Below, piece after piece: positions 1-9,147 of a stretch of DNA of 64,000 nucleotides. The stretch covers positions 3,692,997 to 3,756,996 of the forward strand of contig OY762866.2 of assembly GCA_963666495.2 (NCBI GenBank), read 5' to 3'. Position 1 is the first letter of the stretch. Each line of letters opens with the position of its first letter. The DNA is from Bacteroidaceae bacterium (GTDB lineage: Bacteria; Bacteroidota; Bacteroidia; Bacteroidales; Bacteroidaceae). A model generated the notes under the pieces. It was not told the origin of the DNA, searched no databases, and saw only the letters and a list, made by a program, of their open reading frames with translations. The translations under genes were made by a program, and so were the position numbers.

Positions 1-828
1 ATTATAAAGAAAAATATTCTTCCAAGATTTGATAATAGAGTAAACAAAATACTACTTCAGGTACCTATCGTAAATGAGAAGCTAAAAGCATCCATCAGAC
101 AGGAAGCTATGGATGCCTTTGGCGGTAACTTTGACGAAATAATCATTGGAGGTGCACCTCTGAACGGAGGAATTGAATCTTTACTGAGAACAATTAATTT
201 CCCATATACCATTGCATACGGTATGACGGAATGCGCTCCGATCATTGCATCCAGTCATTGGTCGGACTTAAAGCAAAAGTGCTGCGGAAAAGCTGCTTCG
301 CGTATGGAAGTTGCCGTTGTATCTGAAAATCCGGAAAGCACTCCCGGCGAACTTATCTGCAAAGGTGAGAATATGATGCTGGGATATTATAAAAATGAAG
401 AGGCCACAAAAGGTGTTATCGACGAGAATGGATGGTTACACACAGGTGATATGGCTGTGATGGACAAAGAAGGTAACATTAGCATTAAGGGACGCTGCAA
501 GAATCTACTTATGAATGCTTCCGGACAAAATATCTATCCTGAAGAAATTGAATCTGTACTTAATAATATGCCGTATGTTTCAGAATCAATTATTGTGATG
601 CAAAATGAAAAGCTTGTGGCATTAATATATCCTGATTACGATGATGCTTTTGCAAACGGACTAAGCAACGAGGATATTGAAAAAGCGATGGAAACCAATC
701 GTGCTTCATTGAATCAGCAGTTACCGGGTTATTCTCAGATTGGCAAGGTAAAACTGCATCCCGAAGAATTTGAAAAAACAGCAAAGAAGAGCATCAAACG
801 ATTTATGTATCAGGATATTCAGGGATAA
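1..828 (+). CDS. Long-chain fatty acid--CoA ligase, C-terminal part (5' truncated by window edge)
   Basis: Frame is open from base 1. AMP-binding motifs YGMTEC, GWLHTGD and GRCKNL..SGQNIYPEEIE are present. Confidence 0.9.
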   Translation: MIKKNILPRFDNRVNKILLQVPIVNEKLKASIRQEAMDAFGGNFDEIIIGGAPLNGGIESLLRTINFPYTIAYGMTECAPIIASSHWSDLKQKCCGKAASRMEVAVVSENPESTPGELICKGENMMLGYYKNEEATKGVIDENGWLHTGDMAVMDKEGNISIKGRCKNLLMNASGQNIYPEEIESVLNNMPYVSESIIVMQNEKLVALIYPDYDDAFANGLSNEDIEKAMETNRASLNQQLPGYSQIGKVKLHPEEFEKTAKKSIKRFMYQDIQG

Positions 829-1218
829 GCAAGATTAAAATCTCTAAAAAACATTTTAGAGGTTAAAAGATATATTCTTAATCTTTCGAAGGATTTTAAC
901 CAGATAAAATAAAGGTCTGGTTAAAGTCCTTCTTTCTTTTTCAGTGAGTTCATCTTCATTGATCGGATTTTACTATTCAAATCATACGAATACTACCATA
1001 ATATCTACAAGTACTCTCAATATTACTCAATTCTAATGTTACACTAAATTAGAGCATTTAGACTTTTCATAGCACTAGATGTCAAGCATTTATATTTTTT
1101 AGTATTCTTATTTGGTCGTATTTGTTCTAATTTATTCGTATTTATTTTATTTTAGTCGTATTTTTGTTCTTAAATGCTGCACTATTTTTTAATATTTGCA
1201 TAAACAAAAACATTTACA

Positions 1219-4200
1219 ATGAGTGTTTCACCAGAACTACTAGTATATAAAGCCTCTGCCGGATCGGGGAAAACGTTTACCCTGGCGGTGGAATACATTA
1301 AATTGCTGATACAAAATCCAAGGGCTTATCAGCAGATTCTTGCAGTTACCTTTACCAATAAGGCTACTTCTGAAATGAAAGAACGTATCCTGAGCCAGCT
1401 TTACGGAATATGGACTGCCGATAAAGATTCTGCCGCTTACCTTGATAAGGTTTGCACAGAACTGAATCTACCCGAGGCTGAAGTGAGAAAAGCAGCAGGT
1501 ACGGCACTGAACTACATGATTCACGACTATAGTCGGTTCAGGGTTGAGACTATCGACTCGTTTTTCCAGTCGGTTATGCGTAATCTGGCACGGGAGCTGG
1601 AACTTAGTCCGAATCTGAATATTGAACTAAACAATACAGAAGTGCTTAGCGACGCTGTCGATTCAATGATTGAAAAGCTTAAACCCACTTCGGAAGTACT
1701 GGCGTGGCTGCTCGATTATATTGACGAGCGTATAAAAGACGATAAGCGTTGGAATGTTTCTGGTGAAGTAAAGAACTTCGGACGAAATATTTTCGATGAA
1801 GGATATATTGAAAAAGGAAGTGGTCTGCGGGCCAAACTAAAAGATCCTAATTATATAGGGAATTACAAAAAAGAGCTTCAGGCTATACAAGAAGAAGCTT
1901 TGGATCAGATGAAAGGATTTGCCGATCAGTTTAACGGATTACTAGAAGAGCATGGGCTTACTCCTCTCGACTTAAAGAACGGTGCGAGAGGAATTGGCAG
2001 CTATTTCAATAAGATTAATAATGGCGTTTTGAGCAATGATGTGCGTAACATTACTGTAGAGAAGTGTTTGGAGAGCGAGGATAACTGGGCTACCAAAACT
2101 TCACCCCAAAAAAATCTTATTATTGAACTGGCTCACGAAGAGCTTATTCCTTTATTACAGGCAGCAGAAGAGTATCGCGTAAAGAATAGTACCATTGTGA
2201 ATTCTTGCCGACTCTCCTTGCAACACGTAAATAAAGTGCGACTTCTGGCAAATATTGACGAGGAAGTGCGTTCTCTAAATAAGGAAAATAACCGTTTCCT
2301 ACTGTCGGATACCAATGCATTGCTTCATCGGTTGGTGCAGGATGGCGATTCATCTTTTGTATTTGAGAAGATTGGGACAAGCATTCGAAACGTGATGATT
2401 GACGAATTCCAGGATACTTCGCGTATGCAGTGGGATAATTTCAAATTATTGTTGCTCGAAGGACTTTCTCAAGGATCAGACAGCCTCATCGTGGGAGATG
2501 TAAAGCAATCAATTTACCGCTGGCGTAACGGCGACTGGGGTATTCTGAACGGATTGCGTGATAAGATGGATAGTTTCCCGGTTCGTGTGAAGACACTGAC
2601 AACCAATCGCCGTAGTGAAGCGAACATAATCCGGTTCAACAATAGTCTGTTTACCGCAGCATGTAACTATCTGTGCGATGTTTATTATGAACAGCAGAAC
2701 GAAGAATGCTTCAGCTTGAAGGATGCATATTGCGATGTTAAGCAGGAATCTCCCAAGAAAGAAGATAAGGGTTACGTAAAAATCTCCTTCCTCGCCGGCG
2801 ATGATAAAGATACTCCGCCGGAGGAGAGAAAAGATTACGTGCAATACACCATGGAGTCTCTTGCCGAAGAGGTGAACGACCTCATAGAGCAAGGTGTGAA
2901 ACTAAATGATATTACCATTCTTGTGCGGAAGAACAAGACTATCCCTCAGATAGCAAGCTTCTTTGAGGAGAATCTCCCCTATCGCATTGTGTCCGATGAG
3001 GCTTTCCGACTGGATGCTTCTCTGGCTATATGCATGATTCTCGACGCACTGCGCTATCTTTCCAATCCGGATAATACCATAGCGAAAGCGCAACTGGCGG
3101 CTTCTTATCAGAATGAAGTTTTAAAACAAGGAGTGGATCTGAATACGTTGCTGCTTAGCGAGATAGACAGTTACCTGCCTTCGGAATTCGTATCCGGAAG
3201 AGAAGCGTTGCCTTTGATGCCTCTTTACGAACTGATAGAAGAGCTGTTCCGCATTTTCGAGATGGAAAAGATAGAGAATCAGGATGCTTACCTGTTCTCG
3301 TTCTACGATGCGGTAGTGGAATACTTGCAAAACAACTCGTCCGACCCAGATTCTTTCATTACTTTCTGGGAAGAACGTCTGTGCAGCAAGACTATTCCGT
3401 CGGGCGAAATAGAAGGGATACGAATCATGTCTATCCATAAATCCAAAGGATTGGAGTTTCATACCGTGTTGCTTCCGTTCTGCGACTGGAAACTGGAGAA
3501 CGAAACAAATAATCAGTTGGTGTGGTGCTCACCCACCGTACCGCCATTCAATGAGCTCGATCTGGTCCCGGTAAACTATTCTTCGGCTATGGCGGAATCT
3601 ATTTATAAAGAAGATTACCTGAACGAACGCCTTCAGCTTTGGGTAGATAACCTGAACCTGCTTTATGTTGCCTTTACCCGTGCGGAAACAAATCTGATTG
3701 TATGGGGAAAGAAAGATCTGAAGAATACTGTGTCCGAATTGCTGGGCAGAGCCTTACGGTCGGTCGCTGTAGCAGAATCCATTGAGTGGGACGAGGACTC
3801 GCCTTACGAATCCGGTACACTTTGTCCGTCGGAAGTCAAGGAGCAGAAAGCTACCACCAACAAGCTTACTACTCCCCCCAGCAGTGTTCCGGTACAGATC
3901 GAGTCGCACTTGCACAATATTGAGTTCCGTCAATCGAACCGTTCGGCAGACTTCATCAAAGGAGACGATACGGGCGAGGGCGACAGCAAATATATCAACC
4001 AGGGACAACTGCTCCACACACTGTTCTCGGCTATTGAAACAAAGGAAGATGTGCAGTCCGCCATTGAGCGATTGCTCTTTGAAGGAGTAATACCCGACAG
4101 CAAAACGGAGAAAGAGATTCGCAAAACAGCAGAGAAGGCTCTCTCTCACCCAATGGTTCAGGAATGGTACTCGGGCACTTACCGGTTGTTCAACGAATGT

Positions 4201-4425
4201 GCCATCATCTACAAGGAAAAAGGTACGCTAGAAGTGCGCCGCCCCGACCGTGTTATGATGAATGATGACGAGGTTGTGGTGGTAGATTTCAAATTTGGTA
4301 AGAAGAACAAGAAATACAACGAGCAAGTTAAGGGATATATCTCCTTACTCGCCGAGATGGGTTATAAGAACATTATCGGATACCTATGGTATGTTTATGA
4401 TGAGGAACTGGAAAAGGTTGGGTAA
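1219..4425 (+). CDS. addA: AddA-type UvrD-family helicase with C-terminal PD-(D/E)XK nuclease
   Basis: Walker A ASAGSGKT, AVTFTNKATSEM, DEFQDTS, VGDVKQSIYRWR, MSIHKSKGLEF, LLYVAFTRA; C-terminal RPDRV..VVDFKFG; adjacent to an AddB-like gene. Confidence 0.9.
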   Translation: MSVSPELLVYKASAGSGKTFTLAVEYIKLLIQNPRAYQQILAVTFTNKATSEMKERILSQLYGIWTADKDSAAYLDKVCTELNLPEAEVRKAAGTALNYMIHDYSRFRVETIDSFFQSVMRNLARELELSPNLNIELNNTEVLSDAVDSMIEKLKPTSEVLAWLLDYIDERIKDDKRWNVSGEVKNFGRNIFDEGYIEKGSGLRAKLKDPNYIGNYKKELQAIQEEALDQMKGFADQFNGLLEEHGLTPLDLKNGARGIGSYFNKINNGVLSNDVRNITVEKCLESEDNWATKTSPQKNLIIELAHEELIPLLQAAEEYRVKNSTIVNSCRLSLQHVNKVRLLANIDEEVRSLNKENNRFLLSDTNALLHRLVQDGDSSFVFEKIGTSIRNVMIDEFQDTSRMQWDNFKLLLLEGLSQGSDSLIVGDVKQSIYRWRNGDWGILNGLRDKMDSFPVRVKTLTTNRRSEANIIRFNNSLFTAACNYLCDVYYEQQNEECFSLKDAYCDVKQESPKKEDKGYVKISFLAGDDKDTPPEERKDYVQYTMESLAEEVNDLIEQGVKLNDITILVRKNKTIPQIASFFEENLPYRIVSDEAFRLDASLAICMILDALRYLSNPDNTIAKAQLAASYQNEVLKQGVDLNTLLLSEIDSYLPSEFVSGREALPLMPLYELIEELFRIFEMEKIENQDAYLFSFYDAVVEYLQNNSSDPDSFITFWEERLCSKTIPSGEIEGIRIMSIHKSKGLEFHTVLLPFCDWKLENETNNQLVWCSPTVPPFNELDLVPVNYSSAMAESIYKEDYLNERLQLWVDNLNLLYVAFTRAETNLIVWGKKDLKNTVSELLGRALRSVAVAESIEWDEDSPYESGTLCPSEVKEQKATTNKLTTPPSSVPVQIESHLHNIEFRQSNRSADFIKGDDTGEGDSKYINQGQLLHTLFSAIETKEDVQSAIERLLFEGVIPDSKTEKEIRKTAEKALSHPMVQEWYSGTYRLFNECAIIYKEKGTLEVRRPDRVMMNDDEVVVVDFKFGKKNKKYNEQVKGYISLLAEMGYKNIIGYLWYVYDEELEKVG

Positions 4426-4692
4426 ATCTTAATGAAATTGTGATAAAAGCGGAGTAAAAATCCGCACTATTCACGAACAGTTTTCTGGGGTTCGAATCCC
4501 CCAGCTTCCGCACAAGAGCATTATAAGCATTATTGAAGCGGGAGTTAAGGCAAAGTCCGGTGAAAGCTAAGCAAAGATTACACTGGACATTCATAATTAT
4601 CAGTAGAGCAAAACAAAATAAGGTGTACTCCTTATAATAAAATAGTCTACACTTTATATAGAAATAGTGTAGGTCAAACAAAGAAGCAAATA

Positions 4693-7563
4693 ATGGAAAC
4701 ATTCTTAAGTATCGTTGCAAAAGACTTATATAAAAGGCATGGAGCTGATCTCTCCCGCGTAGCTGTTATTTTCCCTAACAAACGCGCCGGATTATTTTTC
4801 AATGAACACCTCGCCGAAGAGGCAAACCGTCCTATCTGGTCGCCGGCTTATCTCAGCATCAGCGAACTGTTTCAGCAGTTATCGGCGCAAAGAAGCGAGA
4901 ATCCTTTGAAGCTTGGCGACTCTATTAAGCTTGTTTGCGAACTTTATAAAATATTCCGCGAGGAGACTAAAAGTGAGGAAACGCTGGACGATTTCTATTT
5001 CTGGGGAGAACTGCTTATTAGTGATTTTGACGATGCCGATAAGAATCTTGTGGATGCCGATAAGTTATTCAGCAATCTGCAGGACTTAAAGAATATAATG
5101 GACGATTTCGATTTTCTTAATGAGGATCAGGAAGCAGCCATCCGTCAGTTTTTTCAGAACTTCTCCATCGAGAAGCGTACTGCCTTGAAAGAGAAATTTA
5201 TCTCTCTGTGGGACGTGCTCGGAAATATCTACCATCGATATAAAGAAGAACTGGCTACTCAGAACATAGCCTACGAAGGAATGCTCTACCGTTCGGTTAT
5301 TGAGCAGCTTGATGCGTCGCAAATGAAATATGATACTTATGTGTTTGTGGGATTCAACGTGCTGAATAAGGTAGAAACAAAGTTCTTCCAGTTACTTCGC
5401 GACGCTAGGAAAGCTCTTTTCTATTGGGATTACGATGAATTCTACACCAATGAGAAAAATCATGAAGCGGGAGAATTCATTCGCCGTAACCTGAAAGAGT
5501 TTCCTTCTGCCCTTAGCGGAGTTACCTTTAACAAGATGATTCAGCCAAAGAAGGTGCGCTTTGTTGCATCCTCTACCGAAAACGCTCAGGCGCGCTTCCT
5601 GCCGGAATGGATTCGCGGTAATGTTACCGGAAAAGAATCGGAAAGTGCTGTGGTTCTTTGCAACGAAGCACTGCTACTCCCCGTGCTGCATTCCATACCT
5701 GATAGCGTACAGCATGTGAACATAACCATGGGATTTCCTTTGGCTCAGACTCCCGTGCACAGTTTTATCACCGCTCTGCTGGAACTGCAGACCGAAGGTT
5801 TCCGAACCAACACCGGAAGATATGCCTACGCTGCCGTTCAGGCCGTACTGAAACACCCATACACTCGCCAGCTGTCGTCCAAAGCCAATGATCTGGAAAA
5901 GGATCTTACTGAAAAGAATCGTTTTTATCCTCTTCCTTCCGAGTTAAAGCAGGACGATTTTCTGGGAATGCTTTTCACTCCACAACTAAGCAATATGGAT
6001 TTGTGCCGTTATCTTTCCGATGCGCTCAAAGAAGTTGCTATCATATACGACAAGGAAAAAAAGAGCGATGATGTATTTAATCAGCTTTATCGTGAATCTC
6101 TCTTCAAAGCATATACGCTAATCAACCGCCTTGGCAGTATGATTGATAAAGGCGACCTGATAGTTCAGACAGGAACCTTCAAACGTTTACTGAACAAGGT
6201 TTTGTCTGCCTCAAACATCCCCTTCCACGGAGAACCGGCCATCGGTATGCAGGTAATGGGTGTGCTCGAAACCCGTAACCTCGACTTTAAAAATCTGGTG
6301 ATGATGTCGCTAAACGAAGGTCAGCTGCCTAAAGGTAGCGGCGATTCATCATTCATTCCATATAATCTGCGCAAAGCATTCGGAATGACCACCATTGAGC
6401 ACAAGAATGCGGTATACGCTTATTATTTCTATCGACTGATGCAACGTGCCGAAAACATAACTTTGATGTACAATACCGCATCAGACGGACTAAACCGTGG
6501 CGAATGGTCGCGCTTCATGCTGCAATTCCTTATTGAATGGCCGCACGAAATTGCCCGCGAATATCTGGAAGCGGGACAATCTCCGCAAACAGCGAAAGAA
6601 ATTATCATTGAAAAAACGCCGGAAGTAATGAAGCGTTTGCAGAACTTTTATGATGTGCGATGCAATAAGAGAGCACAATTTTCTCCTTCTGCGCTAAACA
6701 CTTATATGGACTGCCAGCTAAAATTCTACTATACTTACGTTGCCAAACTGAAACCGAAACCAGAAGTAAGTTCGGAAATAGATTCAGCCATGTTCGGAAC
6801 CATCTTCCATCGTTCGGCAGAACTTATATATGGTGATTTCAAAGCACACGGTAATGTGGTAAACAAAGAACAGATAGAACAACTACTACACAACGATGTG
6901 AAGCTTCAGGGATATGTAGACAGGGCATTCAAAGAGGAATTCTTCCAGGTGCCGCTTGACGAGAAGCCGGAATACAACGGCGTGCAGCTGGTTAACTCTA
7001 AAGTTATAGCTTCATATATTCGTCAGCTGCTACGCAATGACAAAGAGTACACTCCATTTACCCTGGTAGATATGGAGAAAAAGGTGAGTGAAGATATCAC
7101 AATTCCAACAGCCAAGGGAGAGATCCTTTCAAGAATAGGAGGAACCATTGACCGTATGGACAGCAAAGACGGCACTCTAAGAATTGTAGATTACAAAACC
7201 GGTGGTTTTCCAAAAGCCGCTGCAGATATTGCTGCATTATTCACTCCGGCAGAGAATCGTCCCAACTATATTTTCCAGACATTTCTCTACGCTGCCATAA
7301 TGACTCGCCAGCAGAAACAGAAAGTAGCTCCTTCTCTACTCTATATTCATCAGGCAGCATCGGCAGATTACAAACCATACATAGAAATTGGTCTGCGGAA
7401 CAATAAAACTTTTGTGGAAGATTTTACTCCATACGAAGAAGAGTTCAGAGAATTGCTAACCCAATTGCTATCGGATATATTCAATTCCGAACAGCCATTC
7501 AACCAGACTAAGTTCGTAAATAAATGCGAGTTTTGCGACTTTAAAGCACTGTGTAAGAAGTAA
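4693..7563 (+). CDS. addB: AddB-type inactive-helicase/PD-(D/E)XK nuclease subunit with 4Fe-4S staple cysteines
   Basis: N-terminal VIFPNKRAGLF, GMQVMGVLETRNLDF, SPSALNTYMDC, GTIDRMD..IVDYKTG, and C-terminal CEFCDFKALC (1+3 Cys). Confidence 0.85.
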   Translation: METFLSIVAKDLYKRHGADLSRVAVIFPNKRAGLFFNEHLAEEANRPIWSPAYLSISELFQQLSAQRSENPLKLGDSIKLVCELYKIFREETKSEETLDDFYFWGELLISDFDDADKNLVDADKLFSNLQDLKNIMDDFDFLNEDQEAAIRQFFQNFSIEKRTALKEKFISLWDVLGNIYHRYKEELATQNIAYEGMLYRSVIEQLDASQMKYDTYVFVGFNVLNKVETKFFQLLRDARKALFYWDYDEFYTNEKNHEAGEFIRRNLKEFPSALSGVTFNKMIQPKKVRFVASSTENAQARFLPEWIRGNVTGKESESAVVLCNEALLLPVLHSIPDSVQHVNITMGFPLAQTPVHSFITALLELQTEGFRTNTGRYAYAAVQAVLKHPYTRQLSSKANDLEKDLTEKNRFYPLPSELKQDDFLGMLFTPQLSNMDLCRYLSDALKEVAIIYDKEKKSDDVFNQLYRESLFKAYTLINRLGSMIDKGDLIVQTGTFKRLLNKVLSASNIPFHGEPAIGMQVMGVLETRNLDFKNLVMMSLNEGQLPKGSGDSSFIPYNLRKAFGMTTIEHKNAVYAYYFYRLMQRAENITLMYNTASDGLNRGEWSRFMLQFLIEWPHEIAREYLEAGQSPQTAKEIIIEKTPEVMKRLQNFYDVRCNKRAQFSPSALNTYMDCQLKFYYTYVAKLKPKPEVSSEIDSAMFGTIFHRSAELIYGDFKAHGNVVNKEQIEQLLHNDVKLQGYVDRAFKEEFFQVPLDEKPEYNGVQLVNSKVIASYIRQLLRNDKEYTPFTLVDMEKKVSEDITIPTAKGEILSRIGGTIDRMDSKDGTLRIVDYKTGGFPKAAADIAALFTPAENRPNYIFQTFLYAAIMTRQQKQKVAPSLLYIHQAASADYKPYIEIGLRNNKTFVEDFTPYEEEFRELLTQLLSDIFNSEQPFNQTKFVNKCEFCDFKALCKK

Positions 7564-7604
7564 ATAAAGTTTTAATAAATATTTTGTTTTTTAAGAATTA
7601 ATCC

Positions 7605-7612
7605 TATTTTTG
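7605..7612 (+). promoter_or_regulatory. Bacteroidetes primary-sigma -7 box (TATTTTTG)
   Basis: Matches TAnnTTTG, with TTTG at 7583-7586, about 100 bp before the 7714 ORF. Confidence 0.5.
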
Positions 7613-7713
7613 CAATAATTAAAAAGCTGTAAACTAATGTTAAGTTAATTAAATATAACTTCAATAGACATCAGGCTTAAATGTGTAATTCTTAACTAAA
7701 CAAATTTATTTTT

Positions 7714-8487
7714 ATGAAAACCTTAAAAATTTTCGTGCTAATGCTGGCAGCTGCAGGATTCTCGCTTTCCTCATGCCAAAAAAATGATTCAGAGATTATG
7801 ATTGAAAGTGGAAGCAAGTCACTTGGCGTTCAGCTTCAGGCAGTAAACAACACTTATTCATTCGGCATTGGTACCAAAGCTTTGACAACAGGTACACTGA
7901 AATGGGACACTTGCCAGATGTATGTTTCCAGAGTTCATCTTACAGCTACAAAAGAGCAAGGTGATACATTGGCTACAGAATTCAGCATGGATCTGAAATT
8001 TAAAAACTCAAAATTAGCTGATTTGTTTAGTGCAAATTCATTGCTTGGTGATGTAACTCTTCCAGCTGGATTATACGACAAAATATCTATTCAGATTCAA
8101 TCGGACAAAAAAGATGCCGGTACTGCTCCTGTATTCTATCTTGCAGGTATTTATACTAATGCTTTAGGAACTACTCCTATTGCTTTTATTGTAAACAAAG
8201 ACCTGAAGTTTAAAGCTTCTGCAAAAGACAGCGTTCAGTTAAACACTGCAGCAGATTACACTGCATTATTCCAGTTAGACCTGTCTAATGCAATAAGCAA
8301 TGGCAGAATCACAGAAGCCGACCTTGATAAAGCTTCACTTACTAATGGTAAGATAATTATTAGCGAGAATTCAAATAAAGAAATTTATGAGAAATTCTTT
8401 AAAAGAGTTTTGAATCTTGATGCATTCCAACACAAAGCATTTAAGAAAGCAAATAAAAAAGATAATGATGAAAACGATGAGGACTAA
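7714..8487 (+). CDS. Hypothetical lipoprotein
   Basis: Signal peptide ending LSSC, 257 aa beta-rich body, followed by a terminator-like hairpin. Confidence 0.75.
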   Translation: MKTLKIFVLMLAAAGFSLSSCQKNDSEIMIESGSKSLGVQLQAVNNTYSFGIGTKALTTGTLKWDTCQMYVSRVHLTATKEQGDTLATEFSMDLKFKNSKLADLFSANSLLGDVTLPAGLYDKISIQIQSDKKDAGTAPVFYLAGIYTNALGTTPIAFIVNKDLKFKASAKDSVQLNTAADYTALFQLDLSNAISNGRITEADLDKASLTNGKIIISENSNKEIYEKFFKRVLNLDAFQHKAFKKANKKDNDENDED

Positions 8488-8513
8488 TAGCTAACCAAGC
8501 AAAAATTAATATT

Positions 8514-8555
8514 AGCAGGTTATTCCTAAATTATTATTGGAATAATCTGCTTTTT
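8514..8555 (+). terminator. Rho-independent terminator-like hairpin
   Basis: AGCAGGTTATTCC...GGAATAATCTGCT followed by a T-run. Confidence 0.6.
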
Positions 8556-8820
8556 GTTTTATATGCTTCTACTAGATATGACCGAATTAAAGAAAATCTA
8601 AGAAATTAGACTATTTGAAGATAGAAAAAGAACTCAAAAAATGATTTTTTTTCTTAGGTATAAAACAGAGAAACAATAAGCAGCTAACTAATTTATTGAC
8701 AGCTATTTTAGGCTTCATTTAGCCTTAATTATTGCTGGAATATCGATCAAACCTAAAAAAAATAATGCACCTTAAACGAAAAAAAGTATCCAAAACCTTT
8801 TGATATTTCACAAAAAGCCT

Positions 8821-8828
8821 TACCTTTG
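8821..8828 (+). promoter_or_regulatory. -7 box (TACCTTTG) of the tRNA-Arg promoter
   Basis: TAnnTTTG 16 bp before the tRNA, with TTTG about 20 bp further upstream. Confidence 0.7.
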
Positions 8829-8844
8829 CAGTGCAATTAAGGAT

Positions 8845-8918
<74 letters not shown>

Positions 8919-8924
8919 CAAAGC

Positions 8925-8965
8925 AAAATCGCAAATAGCTTATTATTAGTTATTTGCGATTTTTA
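8925..8965 (+). terminator. Hairpin/terminator after tRNA-Arg
   Basis: AAAATCGCAAATA...TATTTGCGATTTT followed by a T-rich tract. Confidence 0.65.
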
Positions 8966-9004
8966 TTTTTGCCCAATCTTCCTCATCCTTGGACGAGACA
9001 AAGC

Positions 9005-9105
9005 GCTAGACTGCTAGACTATTGCTAGACTTTACCGGGTATATCTAGCACCTATACAATACTAACAGTCAGCAGGTTAAATACTCCCCGCTAGACTGCT
9101 AGATT
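9005..9105. repeat. GCTAGACT-core repeat element
   Basis: Cores at 9005, 9013 and 9024, inverted TCTAGC at 9044, 40-bp spacer, then tandem cores at 9090 and 9098. Confidence 0.8.
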
Positions 9106-9147
9106 ATTTTGAGATTTTTAATTTTTATGAGAGATGTGCTATTCGTC

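Noticed and set aside
4449-4512. Possible tRNA gene
   Set aside because: Only 64 nt, with no D-arm or proper anticodon arm and an imperfect T-stem; kept only as a finding.
4373-4720. 115-aa minus-strand ORF spanning the addA/addB junction
   Set aside because: Overlaps both genes; its GDSNP segment is just the antisense translation of the T-loop-like hairpin; no recognisable domain.
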